A stretch of 64,000 nt of DNA from an archaeon (GTDB lineage: Archaea; B1Sed10-29; WALL01; JAGHAM01). Numbering within the stretch: position 1 is the first letter of the stretch; every line of letters starts with the position of its first letter. A program made the position numbers and the translations under genes. Shown here one piece after another: positions 54,468-63,001 of the stretch. A model generated the notes under the pieces. The model was not told where the DNA came from, ran no database searches, and was given only the letters and a program-made list of their open reading frames with translations. The stretch covers positions 9,873-73,872 of the forward strand of contig JAIOSL010000043.1 in NCBI GenBank assembly GCA_021107635.1, given 5' to 3'.

Positions 54468-54522
54468 ACAAACACACCCTAACAGAAGCATATAAATACA
54501 CCCTACAAGTAAATAAAAAACA

Positions 54523-54873
54523 ATGAGAACAAAACTAGACACAACAGACAAAAGACTACTCTCAATAGCAGCAATACTCCTAATCGTTTCTGGACTGTTC
54601 TTCATTCAAATAAAAGACACAAACTTATTCTTCTATCTATTCGGCTCAGTCCTACTCCTAATCTTCTCACTAGTATCAATCGTCATGGCAGGACTAGCAT
54701 ACTCAATAGGAAAAGAAACCGGAGACATAGCATTCACAGGCAAAAATGGACTCGTAGACCACTTCTGTGAAATGAGTAGCAAAGACGGAACATACCTGAT
54801 AGGAGTCATAATACTCCTAATAGGAATAATCTTTGCATCAAACTTTGTCTCATATATACTCTTTCCCGCATGA
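54523..54873 (+). CDS. Small polytopic membrane protein
   Basis: 116 aa with four predicted TM helices. Its stop overlaps the track start of the next ORF. Confidence 0.5.
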   Translation: MRTKLDTTDKRLLSIAAILLIVSGLFFIQIKDTNLFFYLFGSVLLLIFSLVSIVMAGLAYSIGKETGDIAFTGKNGLVDHFCEMSSKDGTYLIGVIILLIGIIFASNFVSYILFPA

Positions 54874-54908
54874 ACCCTTTTAAAGCTCGCAAGAGAAAAA
54901 TAAAATCA

Positions 54909-56156
54909 ATGCTAGACATAAATATATTCAGAGAACAACCTGAACTCGTAACCAAAGACCTAGAAAAAAGAGGAAAACCAACAAAACTAGTTAACCAAAT
55001 AATAAAAAAAGACAAAACATGGCGCGACACACTCAAAAAAGTAGAAAACGCAAGACACCAAAAAAACATGGCATCAAGACAAATTGGAGAACTGAAAAAA
55101 ACAGGGAAAACTGCCACAAAACAAATCAAAGAAATGCAACACTTAGACAAACAAATGCAAGAACTAGAACAAAGAGTAAAACAACAAAAAAAAGAACGCG
55201 ACACACTACTCATGCAAGTTCCAAACCTGTTGGATGCCAGCGTGCCAGAAGGACAAGAGAATATTCAAATCAAAACATGGGGAAAAACCGAGAAAAAAAA
55301 CGTGAAAAATCACGGAGAACTCCTAGAAAAAAAAGACCTCATAGACTTCACACAAGCAGCAAAAATAGCAGGCTCTGGCTTTGCCTTCCTAAAAGGAGAT
55401 CTCGCACTGCTTGATCTAGCCTTACAACGCTACGCAATAGACTTTCTTACAAAAAAAGACTATACACTCATACAACCACCATTATTCATGAACCTCCAAA
55501 CCTATCAAGGAGTAACAGACCTAGCAGACTTCCAAGACGTAATGTATAAAATTCAAGAAGAAGACTCTTACTTAATCGCAACCAGTGAACACCCACTAGC
55601 AGCAATGCACATGAACAACGTCCTAAATGAAAAAGACCTTCCCATAAAACTTTGTGGAGTAAGTCCCTGCTTCAGAAAAGAAGTAGGCAGGCATGGAATT
55701 GACACGCGAGGATTATTCAGAATGCACCAATTCAACAAAGTAGAACAATTCATTTTCTGCAAACCAGAAGAAAACACTGCATTACATGAAGACCTTCTCG
55801 CTAACACAGAACAATTACACAAAGAGTTAGGCCTTCCTTACCGCATAGTTAATATTTGTACAGGAGACATTGGTACTGTCGCAGCAAAAAAATATGATTT
55901 AGAAGCATGGTCACCCAGACAAGAAAAATACATAGAACTAGCTTCCTGCAGCAATTGCACAGACTATCAAGCAAGACGTCTCAACATACGCTACGGCAAA
56001 TACGGAGGAGAGAAAGCATTTGTACATACACTGAATAGCACGGGCATCGCTACAAGCAGAGTAATGCTAGCAATAATAGAAAACTTCCAGAACGAAGACA
56101 CCATCAAAATTCCAAAAGTGCTTTGGCCATACATGAACGGTAAAAAGGAGTTTTAA
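54909..56156 (+). CDS. serS: Serine--tRNA ligase
   Basis: An N-terminal coiled-coil arm (MLDINIFREQPELV) precedes class II motifs: FRKEVGRHGIDTRGLFRMHQFNKVEQF and NSTGIATSRV. Confidence 0.9.
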   Translation: MLDINIFREQPELVTKDLEKRGKPTKLVNQIIKKDKTWRDTLKKVENARHQKNMASRQIGELKKTGKTATKQIKEMQHLDKQMQELEQRVKQQKKERDTLLMQVPNLLDASVPEGQENIQIKTWGKTEKKNVKNHGELLEKKDLIDFTQAAKIAGSGFAFLKGDLALLDLALQRYAIDFLTKKDYTLIQPPLFMNLQTYQGVTDLADFQDVMYKIQEEDSYLIATSEHPLAAMHMNNVLNEKDLPIKLCGVSPCFRKEVGRHGIDTRGLFRMHQFNKVEQFIFCKPEENTALHEDLLANTEQLHKELGLPYRIVNICTGDIGTVAAKKYDLEAWSPRQEKYIELASCSNCTDYQARRLNIRYGKYGGEKAFVHTLNSTGIATSRVMLAIIENFQNEDTIKIPKVLWPYMNGKKEF

Positions 56157-56834
56157 ATGAACATACTAGTACTCTTTGACATAGACAAAACTTTACTTAG
56201 AAGCAAACTTACTTCAACAACACACGCAAAAGCCTTTTCTTACGGAATAAAACAAAGCTTTGGCATAGAAGTAGAATTCACTTACAAAGCCATACATCCA
56301 CTTCCAGGACTCACAGACCAACAAATAATAAAACACTTACTAGAACAAGAATCAGTTGAACTAACTGAAAACAAAATCAAAGAATGCATGAAACACATGG
56401 AAAAATACTACATAACAAACATGCAAAAAGGAGAATTAGAAGCACTACCAGGAACCAAAAAACTCTTAGAACAACTAAAACAAAAAAACGTTACGCTAGG
56501 ATTAGTAACAGGAAACATAGAAGCAATCGGCTGGAAAAAACTTGAAGATGTACATCTAAAACACTACTTTTCTTTCGGAGGCTTCGGAAGCGACGCAGCA
56601 GACAGAGCAGAACTAGTACGCATCGCCCTAAAAAAATCAGGCTATCAAGGCAACAATGTGTTCCTGTTCGGAGACACTCCAAGAGACATAACAGCAGGCA
56701 AAGAAAACAATGTTAAAACAATTGGTGTTGCAACAGGACCATATACAATCAAAGAACTAAAAGACTCTGGTGCTAACCTTGCACTAGAAACTCTTGAAAA
56801 CACAGAACAGATACTCTCTTTCTTAAATTCCTGA
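56157..56834 (+). CDS. HAD-superfamily hydrolase (phosphoglycolate phosphatase-like)
   Basis: Motif I is LFDIDKTLL, and LVTGN and FGDTPRDI are also present. Confidence 0.75.
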   Translation: MNILVLFDIDKTLLRSKLTSTTHAKAFSYGIKQSFGIEVEFTYKAIHPLPGLTDQQIIKHLLEQESVELTENKIKECMKHMEKYYITNMQKGELEALPGTKKLLEQLKQKNVTLGLVTGNIEAIGWKKLEDVHLKHYFSFGGFGSDAADRAELVRIALKKSGYQGNNVFLFGDTPRDITAGKENNVKTIGVATGPYTIKELKDSGANLALETLENTEQILSFLNS

Positions 56835-56903
56835 CTCTACAGTGGTAAAAAAAAGCATATTTTTTTAAATGAGTATTGAGATATACCCTTTAAAGTGGTA
56901 ACA

Positions 56904-57212
56904 ATGGTTGATGCGTGGATATGGGTTTTAATCCCAATCGGAGGAATATGCCTTGGAGCACTAGCAATCTACTTAGAACACCAAAAGAAAATGGCCATGA
57001 TAGAACAAGGATTCGACCCAGAAAAAGAAGACCAACAATACAGAAAAGAAGATCGAATACAAGGTGGTCTTGTAATGATTGGAATAGGAGCTGCTTTCCT
57101 CATAAGCGGTTTTGTGGTATGGACCGACTTCATGCAACCATACGGTCTAGTCGGACTAATCTGTGGATTCATAGGTCTAGCCTTGCTAATATCACATGCC
57201 ACAGAAAAATAA
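56904..57212 (+). CDS. Small membrane protein
   Basis: About 102 aa with three TM helices. No motif recognised. Confidence 0.45.
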   Translation: MVDAWIWVLIPIGGICLGALAIYLEHQKKMAMIEQGFDPEKEDQQYRKEDRIQGGLVMIGIGAAFLISGFVVWTDFMQPYGLVGLICGFIGLALLISHATEK

Positions 57213-58214
57213 TCACTCAGACAATACCTTATCAATAACAAACTCTGAAATGTTACAAGCATACTCTCCAGTACGCTTTATGCTCTCAATAACATAACAA
57301 AGTTCAACACAAGGCATTCTACCTGAATCCACAGCCAATCGATTAATTCTATCAAGAGCAGGATAAAGCTTATCGAGAGAATCCACGTTGTCATTAGCAG
57401 CATTCAAATCCTTACTGAACCAAGCATCAATACCTCTAGTAAGAACACCAAGCGCAGTAGCACTCGCAGCCACTATCGCCTTAGTCATATCCTCATTTTC
57501 CCCATTATCAACTAAAGTTGAGACCTTCTTCGCAAGGATGCACGCATGATCACCAATTCGTTCAAGAGTACTTCCTAACAAAAAATAATAAGCCGCATCC
57601 TCTTGAGTAACACCAATTTTCTTGAAACGCATTGGATCCATTGAAAGCATACTAAACTGCCTGTAAATGAGCCAATGAAGCCGATTAACCTCATCATCCC
57701 GTTCAATCACATCATTAGCAAGAACCAAATCCTTCTTCACTAACGCAGTAATTGCATCTTCATGCATAACCTTCACAATATTATACATTCGCTTAACAGT
57801 TTTATCAAAAGGCATCTTCGCTGGACTCAACAAGTCTCTTATCACCATCTTTTTTGGAGTCTCTTCAATAATTTCCACCCCAACAGCTATCTTGTTAAAA
57901 CGAGTCACAGTATCCCTGAACGAATGAGGGATTCTCTTCTTAGAACTAACCTCAATAGTAGACAACCCAGTCACATACGCTCCAACAAGCATTCTAAACA
58001 AATAAGTGGGGTTCTTTAAATTATCAACATTAATCTCTCGAGTCTTAAGAGAAGAATCCATATGACTCCTAGGAGTCACCAACAAAGAACCATCGTTTTG
58101 AGTTACCAAAGCAAGAGCATCATTCTTTTGAATGTTGAACTGTTTCACCCATGCCTTAGGCAACGTTACAATGAATGAAGAACCCCCAGTCAGTTGAACT
58201 TTACGAATTTCCAT
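57213..58214 (-). CDS. PhoU-domain regulator with an N-terminal AbrB/SpoVT-like DNA-binding domain
   Basis: MEIRKVQLTGGSSFIVTLPKAWVKQFNIQKNDAL is an AbrB-like swapped hairpin. Two PhoU repeats follow (E..D.EVNRL; LERIGDHA; IKRTGEYACNI). Confidence 0.8.
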   Translation of the reverse strand: MEIRKVQLTGGSSFIVTLPKAWVKQFNIQKNDALALVTQNDGSLLVTPRSHMDSSLKTREINVDNLKNPTYLFRMLVGAYVTGLSTIEVSSKKRIPHSFRDTVTRFNKIAVGVEIIEETPKKMVIRDLLSPAKMPFDKTVKRMYNIVKVMHEDAITALVKKDLVLANDVIERDDEVNRLHWLIYRQFSMLSMDPMRFKKIGVTQEDAAYYFLLGSTLERIGDHACILAKKVSTLVDNGENEDMTKAIVAASATALGVLTRGIDAWFSKDLNAANDNVDSLDKLYPALDRINRLAVDSGRMPCVELCYVIESIKRTGEYACNISEFVIDKVLSE

Positions 58215-58331
58215 AAAAAAACCTCAAAAGTATATAAAAATATTGATTTTATATATATGACTATATTCTATGGCGAGAAAGTATATATTTGTAACTATAT
58301 CCAAGTAACGCCAGAGGTAGAGGTGAGAATA

Positions 58332-58556
58332 ATGGGAAAGTGTTACACCATGACAACAACAAGATATGAAACTCCTGAGGAAAGATTCCATGGAGATGAA
58401 GTTATAAAAAACGAGGAAAAATCTTGGCTTTCCATAATTGAACACCTAAAAGATCAGATAAGCAATCTTAAAAATGATAAAGAAAACCTTGAAGACCAAT
58501 TAAAAGACCTCAAGATAAGAAATCAAGAACTCACTAGAAACCTCTTAATGATATAA
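58332..58556 (+). CDS. Small coiled-coil protein (74 aa)
   Basis: The ATG is preceded by GAGGTGAGAATA. The C-terminal half is heptad-like (LKDQISNLKNDKENLEDQLKDLKIRNQEL). Confidence 0.4.
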   Translation: MGKCYTMTTTRYETPEERFHGDEVIKNEEKSWLSIIEHLKDQISNLKNDKENLEDQLKDLKIRNQELTRNLLMI

Positions 58557-58692
58557 ATTGGCGAAAGGTACCGGGGGGTCACGCCAACAGTCTAGTATAC
58601 TAAGCCCAGCAAAGATAGTACCTTCTTAAGTCGCTAATGCGGCACTCCCAAATCCCCCTAGGACCACCTCTCACGCCGGTGGAGGTGAATAA

Positions 58693-58839
58693 ATGGGAGA
58701 AAGTCTTGAAAGCCTGTTTGAAAGAATGAACGACAAAGAAAAAGATCAGAGGATAGAAAGAATGTATTCCAGAGAACATAGGAAACGAGAAAGTGACAGA
58801 CACTTTCTTTTGTTTTCATTTGGAAAACGAAGCGAATGA
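58693..58839 (+). CDS. Candidate small ORF (48 aa) behind a GC-rich structured leader
   Basis: The ATG is preceded by GGAGGTGAATAA. Coding status is uncertain, because a perfect hairpin followed by a T-run lies inside the ORF (58783..58815). Confidence 0.3.
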   Translation: MGESLESLFERMNDKEKDQRIERMYSREHRKRESDRHFLLFSFGKRSE

Positions 58840-58847
58840 TAACCTAG

Positions 58848-58877
58848 GGGATTCCGGGAAAAGATGCTCGGAATCCC
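58848..58877 (+). other. 9-bp perfect hairpin GGGATTCCG-(12 nt)-CGGAATCCC
   Basis: Read directly from the sequence. It lies just downstream of the candidate small ORF. Confidence 0.5.
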
Positions 58878-59023
58878 TACTAAAACCTGTTTCTGAATAG
58901 AGTTGCTCATGTTTTACAAAAACGTTTTTAATATTTCGAAAGAACACATACGAAATATAGATTAGAATGAAGCTAGAAAAGGGAAAACAATAAAAAAGGT
59001 ATAGGTTAGAATATATCCCTCAA

Positions 59024-59098
59024 GGGCCTATAGCTCAGTCTGGCTAGAGCACTAGGCTTTTAACCTAGGAGTCATGGGTTCGAATCCCGTTAGGCCCT
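59024..59098 (+). tRNA. tRNA-Lys(UUU), intron-less
   Basis: Acceptor GGGCCTA/TAGGCCC, D arm GCTC-AGTCTGGCTA-GAGC, anticodon arm CTAGG-CTTTTAA-CCTAG, T arm ATGGG-TTCGAAT-CCCGT. Confidence 0.9.
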
Positions 59099-59145
59099 TT
59101 ATTTATTGAAAACTATTTAATCAACAAGAAACAGAAGTTCTAACT

Positions 59146-60699
59146 ATGCACTGGTCTGACTCATACGCAAAGAAAATTGTTGAGAAAAAACCCGACAAGA
59201 AAGAATACATAGTAGAATCAGGAATCACTCCAAGCGGAGTAGTCCACGCAGGCAACTTCAGAGAAGTAATGACCCAAGAATTCGTCTATAAAGCCTTGCT
59301 CAAACTTGGTGTCAAAGCAAAGTATCAGTATGTATGGGATGATTATGACCGTCTGCGCAAAATACCTGCTAACGTCCCAGAAAACTGGAAAAAAGAAGGC
59401 GAGCAGTATATAGGAATGCCAGTCAGCGAAGTTCCAGATCCATGGGGCACAGACGAAAGCTATTCTAAACATTTTGCTAACAAGCTCATCGAAGAGAGTG
59501 AAAAGTGTGGAGTGCATGCTGATTATGTCTGGATGAGCGAAGAATACAAAAAATGCACGTTTTCTGAAAATATGCGCGTTGCGTTAGAGAAAAAAGAACA
59601 GATAAGAGAGCTACTTAATCAGTTCAGAAGAGAACCGCATCCAAAAGAGTGGATGCCTGTTCGAGTTTACTGTGAGACATGTCACAAGGATACTACTAAA
59701 GTAGAGTACGCAAGTGAGTATAAGCTGCATTATCAGTGTGAGTGTGGTGCAAGCGGAGAGTTTGATTTCAGAAAGAAGGGATTTGCAAAGCTAAAGTGGC
59801 GTATTTGTTGGCCTAGTCGATGGGCTTTTTATGACGTTGATTTTGAGAGCTCAGGCAAAGACCACAAAGCTTCAGGAGGAAGCTGGGACACAGGGGAACG
59901 CATTTGCCAGCACGTGTTTGAGCATGCTCCACCGATTGGACCAATGTATGAATTCATTTATGCTAAAGGTCAAAAAGAAAAAATGAGCTCTTCTAAAGGT
60001 AATGTGTTCACTGTTAGCGACTTGCTTGAGGTGTACGAACCAGAGATGGTACGTTATATTTACACTCCGAAAATCAACAGAGCTATTGAAGTTCCGTTCG
60101 ATGAAGGCATTTTTAATTATTATGAATCTTATGATTTGGCTGAGCGTGTTTTTTTCGGAAAAGAAGAAGTTTCAAATGACCGGGAAAAAGAAAATTTTGT
60201 TACTTCTTATGAACTAAGCCAGAATGAAAAACCAAAGCAAACACTACAACCTCAATTTAGTTTCCTTGCGGATGTTGCACAAATAGCACCAAACTTAGAT
60301 AAAGCTATTGCCGTGCTCCAACGCACTGGACACGCACCTGAAAAGCTGTCTGAAACAGATAAAGCAAGAATAGTGTTGAGGTTAGAACTTGCTGGAAACT
60401 GGGCTAAAAAATATGCTCCTGAAAATAGAAAATTAATTATTGTTGAAGATGTTCCTGAACTTTCAGAAGCACAGAAAAAGGCTTTGGCTAAACTGCCTGA
60501 AGCCATAAAAAAATCTACTAACCCTGAAGAGCTTGGAGCTGAAATAAAAACAATAATCGGCGAAAGCGGATTGAACCCTAAAGACTTTTTCCAAGGAGCA
60601 TACATGACATTGCTTGGAAAAGACAGAGGACCTAGACTTGCTCCGTTCTTGTTGACTTTAGATGAACAAGTAGTAGAAAAGAAATTTTCTAAACTATAA
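59146..60699 (+). CDS. lysK: Lysine--tRNA ligase, class I
   Basis: SGITPSGVVHAGNFREV is the HIGH-like motif of class I LysRS, and KMSSSKGN is the KMSKS motif. Confidence 0.9.
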   Translation: MHWSDSYAKKIVEKKPDKKEYIVESGITPSGVVHAGNFREVMTQEFVYKALLKLGVKAKYQYVWDDYDRLRKIPANVPENWKKEGEQYIGMPVSEVPDPWGTDESYSKHFANKLIEESEKCGVHADYVWMSEEYKKCTFSENMRVALEKKEQIRELLNQFRREPHPKEWMPVRVYCETCHKDTTKVEYASEYKLHYQCECGASGEFDFRKKGFAKLKWRICWPSRWAFYDVDFESSGKDHKASGGSWDTGERICQHVFEHAPPIGPMYEFIYAKGQKEKMSSSKGNVFTVSDLLEVYEPEMVRYIYTPKINRAIEVPFDEGIFNYYESYDLAERVFFGKEEVSNDREKENFVTSYELSQNEKPKQTLQPQFSFLADVAQIAPNLDKAIAVLQRTGHAPEKLSETDKARIVLRLELAGNWAKKYAPENRKLIIVEDVPELSEAQKKALAKLPEAIKKSTNPEELGAEIKTIIGESGLNPKDFFQGAYMTLLGKDRGPRLAPFLLTLDEQVVEKKFSKL

Positions 60700-60718
60700 A
60701 CTTACCCGGCAGAAAGTT

Positions 60719-61687
60719 TTAATCTCCCATTGATACTGTTGTTTTTAATCCGTTATCAGCCATCCATTCATCTCCGATATAATGCGCGCAGATGTATGTT
60801 CTAAGCGAGTTGTCACTAACTTCGATTGCATACTCTGGATTTTCAGCTACTGTCCAATCCCAAGTCAATAAATGATCAAAATGGTTTCCGTTACCTTCTA
60901 TGTTTTTGAGTCCCCAGCGAGAATACGTTGAAGTCTGACCTTTTAGGTGGTTGAAGACGTTGTGGTTGAAACAGTTGTATGGCTTTGATTCTGTTGCATC
61001 GAATTCAACCATTGTTTCAAAGCGGTCTATGTAAATGTTTTCAAAATAATTTCCGCTTATGTATGTGCCTTCATTTGTCATATGAAAACGAATTCCAGTT
61101 CCGACACCCCACATCACAATGTCTTTGAAACTGTTTTCAAGTATTCTTGAATCCGAAAAGCTTTCCAATGCAATTCCAGTCCAATCATGGTCTACAGCGT
61201 AAGGGCTGGGATTCCTGATGTAAATGTTTTCAAAGTGGTTGAAATCGCATCTGTCTGCCCACCTGTCACCTTCTGCTTCTGGAGTGTAAAGCTTGATTAC
61301 GGTTCCAGTATAAGGTACAGAACCAAACGTTACTTTTGCATTTTTTACAGTAGCAAAGCGTGTTGCTGTCAGTTCTATGAATCCAGTATTGCCGTTTAGA
61401 GTTATTTCATTGTTCTGAAAATCAATGATAACACCGTCATGCCCATCAAATTCAATTGGAGAAGAAAGAGTTATATCACTTCCAACCCACACAGTTCCCC
61501 AAGAACCAATATCATCTATAGCTGCTTGAAGGTTCTCTCCTGTCGGTTCCCAATACTTGCCATTGCTGTTTCTGATAAAAGTCTCTTTATTGTCTTGAGT
61601 ATCAGAGAGTGTTCGAGTGACAGACCCGACAAAGTATATGGAGAACAAGAAAAGTATCAATGCCACAAATACTTGAGCCCGTTTCAT
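60719..61687 (-). CDS. Secreted right-handed beta-helix protein (pectate-lyase-superfamily fold), paralogue 1
   Basis: N-terminal TM/signal segment. ENLQAAIDDIGSWGTVWVGSDITL resembles the Pectate_lyase_3 N-terminal signature. Repetitive N.F.N.. turns follow, then GNGNHFDHLLTWDW. Confidence 0.65.
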   Translation of the reverse strand: MKRAQVFVALILFLFSIYFVGSVTRTLSDTQDNKETFIRNSNGKYWEPTGENLQAAIDDIGSWGTVWVGSDITLSSPIEFDGHDGVIIDFQNNEITLNGNTGFIELTATRFATVKNAKVTFGSVPYTGTVIKLYTPEAEGDRWADRCDFNHFENIYIRNPSPYAVDHDWTGIALESFSDSRILENSFKDIVMWGVGTGIRFHMTNEGTYISGNYFENIYIDRFETMVEFDATESKPYNCFNHNVFNHLKGQTSTYSRWGLKNIEGNGNHFDHLLTWDWTVAENPEYAIEVSDNSLRTYICAHYIGDEWMADNGLKTTVSMGD

Positions 61688-61822
61688 GATTTCACTGGGA
61701 AGACATACAAAGTCAATGTATAAAAGACTAGCTGCTGCAGATGACCGCGTTCACGCTGCCGTTCACGTTCCACTCGCGGCTTGGGCTTCCAGTCAGTTCC
61801 AGGCAGGTGGTCAAAACAGTTG

Positions 61823-62992
61823 CTAGGTAAGCTCGGTTTTTACTTGTGTGCCAGCTCTATCTAAAATCAGATAATGCTCGTTGGTGCTGGTTTTGTGCCA
61901 GAAAGCAAAGCTGTCATCTTCTATATTCGGTTCTGACGTCTGAGAATATATCTTACCTTTGATTTCATTGTCTGTTGAAAGGAATCCTTTGATGTCTAGG
62001 TTGCTTCTGCCAGTGTCGTATGCCGTGTTACTGAAGCCTTCGTCTAAGAGGTCGTCTCCCCCTCCGAAAAACTGTAGGTAGGTGTATTGGGTGTCGGAGG
62101 TGAGGTGGTACGCATTAGCTCCTCCTGCAGCATGCCAGTCCCACAGGAAGATGTTCGAGAACTGGTTGTACCTTCCAATTGCCCTTATGCAGGACTCAGT
62201 CGGCGCGCCGGGTTGGACTTGGAAATTGTTGAATGTGTTGCCGTCGACAGTGGCGTAATTGTATCCTTCGGCTGTGTTCCTATCCAAGTATACGCTGTAT
62301 TTGTCGTAAATGCTCACGAAGTTGGTGAAAATGTTGCCGTTTATGTATGATATCTTGCTGCTGGTTCCACCTGAGCAGTTAAGGAGAAGCCCGTACTCGA
62401 AACCGTGGGTTTCTATGTTGTTGCACAGGGTGAACGCGATTATTTCGCCATTAGAGTCGGCGCGGTAGTGTATTCCTATTCCCTCTTGGTCATACGATAC
62501 AAGCCTCATGTCTTGGACGGTCGCCTGGCTCCAAAAAATAGGCTCGCCGTCGAAGAGTATGGCTGATTTGGTGAAAGGGCTTGGAGCATAGTACATGTGT
62601 ATTCTGCCGTTTCTGAGGTGTGAACCGTATGCCATTGTTACAACATCAACGTCTTCTCTTACCATCAAGACGCTGCCTTGCAGGTTGAGAGTTGAGTAAT
62701 TGGCCATCCTGATGCCGTTATAAATGTTGATGCTTTTTTTCCCTGGCACCCAGACGATGCCACCCTGATAACCTTCTCCTGTCTTAGGCTTGTCGATGTC
62801 GTCTAAAGCTGCTTGGATTCCTGCTTCTGTTGCTTCGAAGTAATTCCCGTTGCTGTTCCTCACATAGGTTTCCATGTTGTCTTGAGTGTCGCTAATTGTG
62901 CGAGTAACAGAGCCAACAAAATAGAGTGCTACTACCACCAAGGCCAATAGGGTCATGCCAGCTAAAATCCTTCCTGAAAATATTTTAGTCAT
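61823..62992 (-). CDS. Secreted right-handed beta-helix protein, paralogue 2 (GC-rich)
   Basis: It shares VGSVTRTISDTQDNMETYVRNSNGNYFE and IQAALDDI with paralogue 1. A 60-nt sample counted by hand is 33/60 G+C, against 24/60 in the neighbours. Confidence 0.65.
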   Translation of the reverse strand: MTKIFSGRILAGMTLLALVVVALYFVGSVTRTISDTQDNMETYVRNSNGNYFEATEAGIQAALDDIDKPKTGEGYQGGIVWVPGKKSINIYNGIRMANYSTLNLQGSVLMVREDVDVVTMAYGSHLRNGRIHMYYAPSPFTKSAILFDGEPIFWSQATVQDMRLVSYDQEGIGIHYRADSNGEIIAFTLCNNIETHGFEYGLLLNCSGGTSSKISYINGNIFTNFVSIYDKYSVYLDRNTAEGYNYATVDGNTFNNFQVQPGAPTESCIRAIGRYNQFSNIFLWDWHAAGGANAYHLTSDTQYTYLQFFGGGDDLLDEGFSNTAYDTGRSNLDIKGFLSTDNEIKGKIYSQTSEPNIEDDSFAFWHKTSTNEHYLILDRAGTQVKTELT

Positions 62993-63001
62993 ATTTATTC
63001 C

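Noticed and set aside
58557-58700. SRP (7S) RNA, suggested by a CCGGGGGGT run like that in archaeal Alu domains
   Set aside because: The helix-8 signature (GGAA/AGCA loop motifs) and the UGUAAC-type element are absent, and the segment is too short.
58690-58880. RNase P RNA, suggested by GGGAGAAAGTC resembling CR-I (GAGGAAAGTCC), by ACAGAC resembling CR-V (ACAGAA), and by the possible P4-like GAAAGT/ACTTTC pairing
   Set aside because: ACTTTC pairs better with an adjacent GAAAGTG in a local hairpin. The CR-II, CR-III and CR-IV elements are not recognisable. The central region is A-rich rather than structured. I keep it only as an unassigned structured region, reported as a separate finding.
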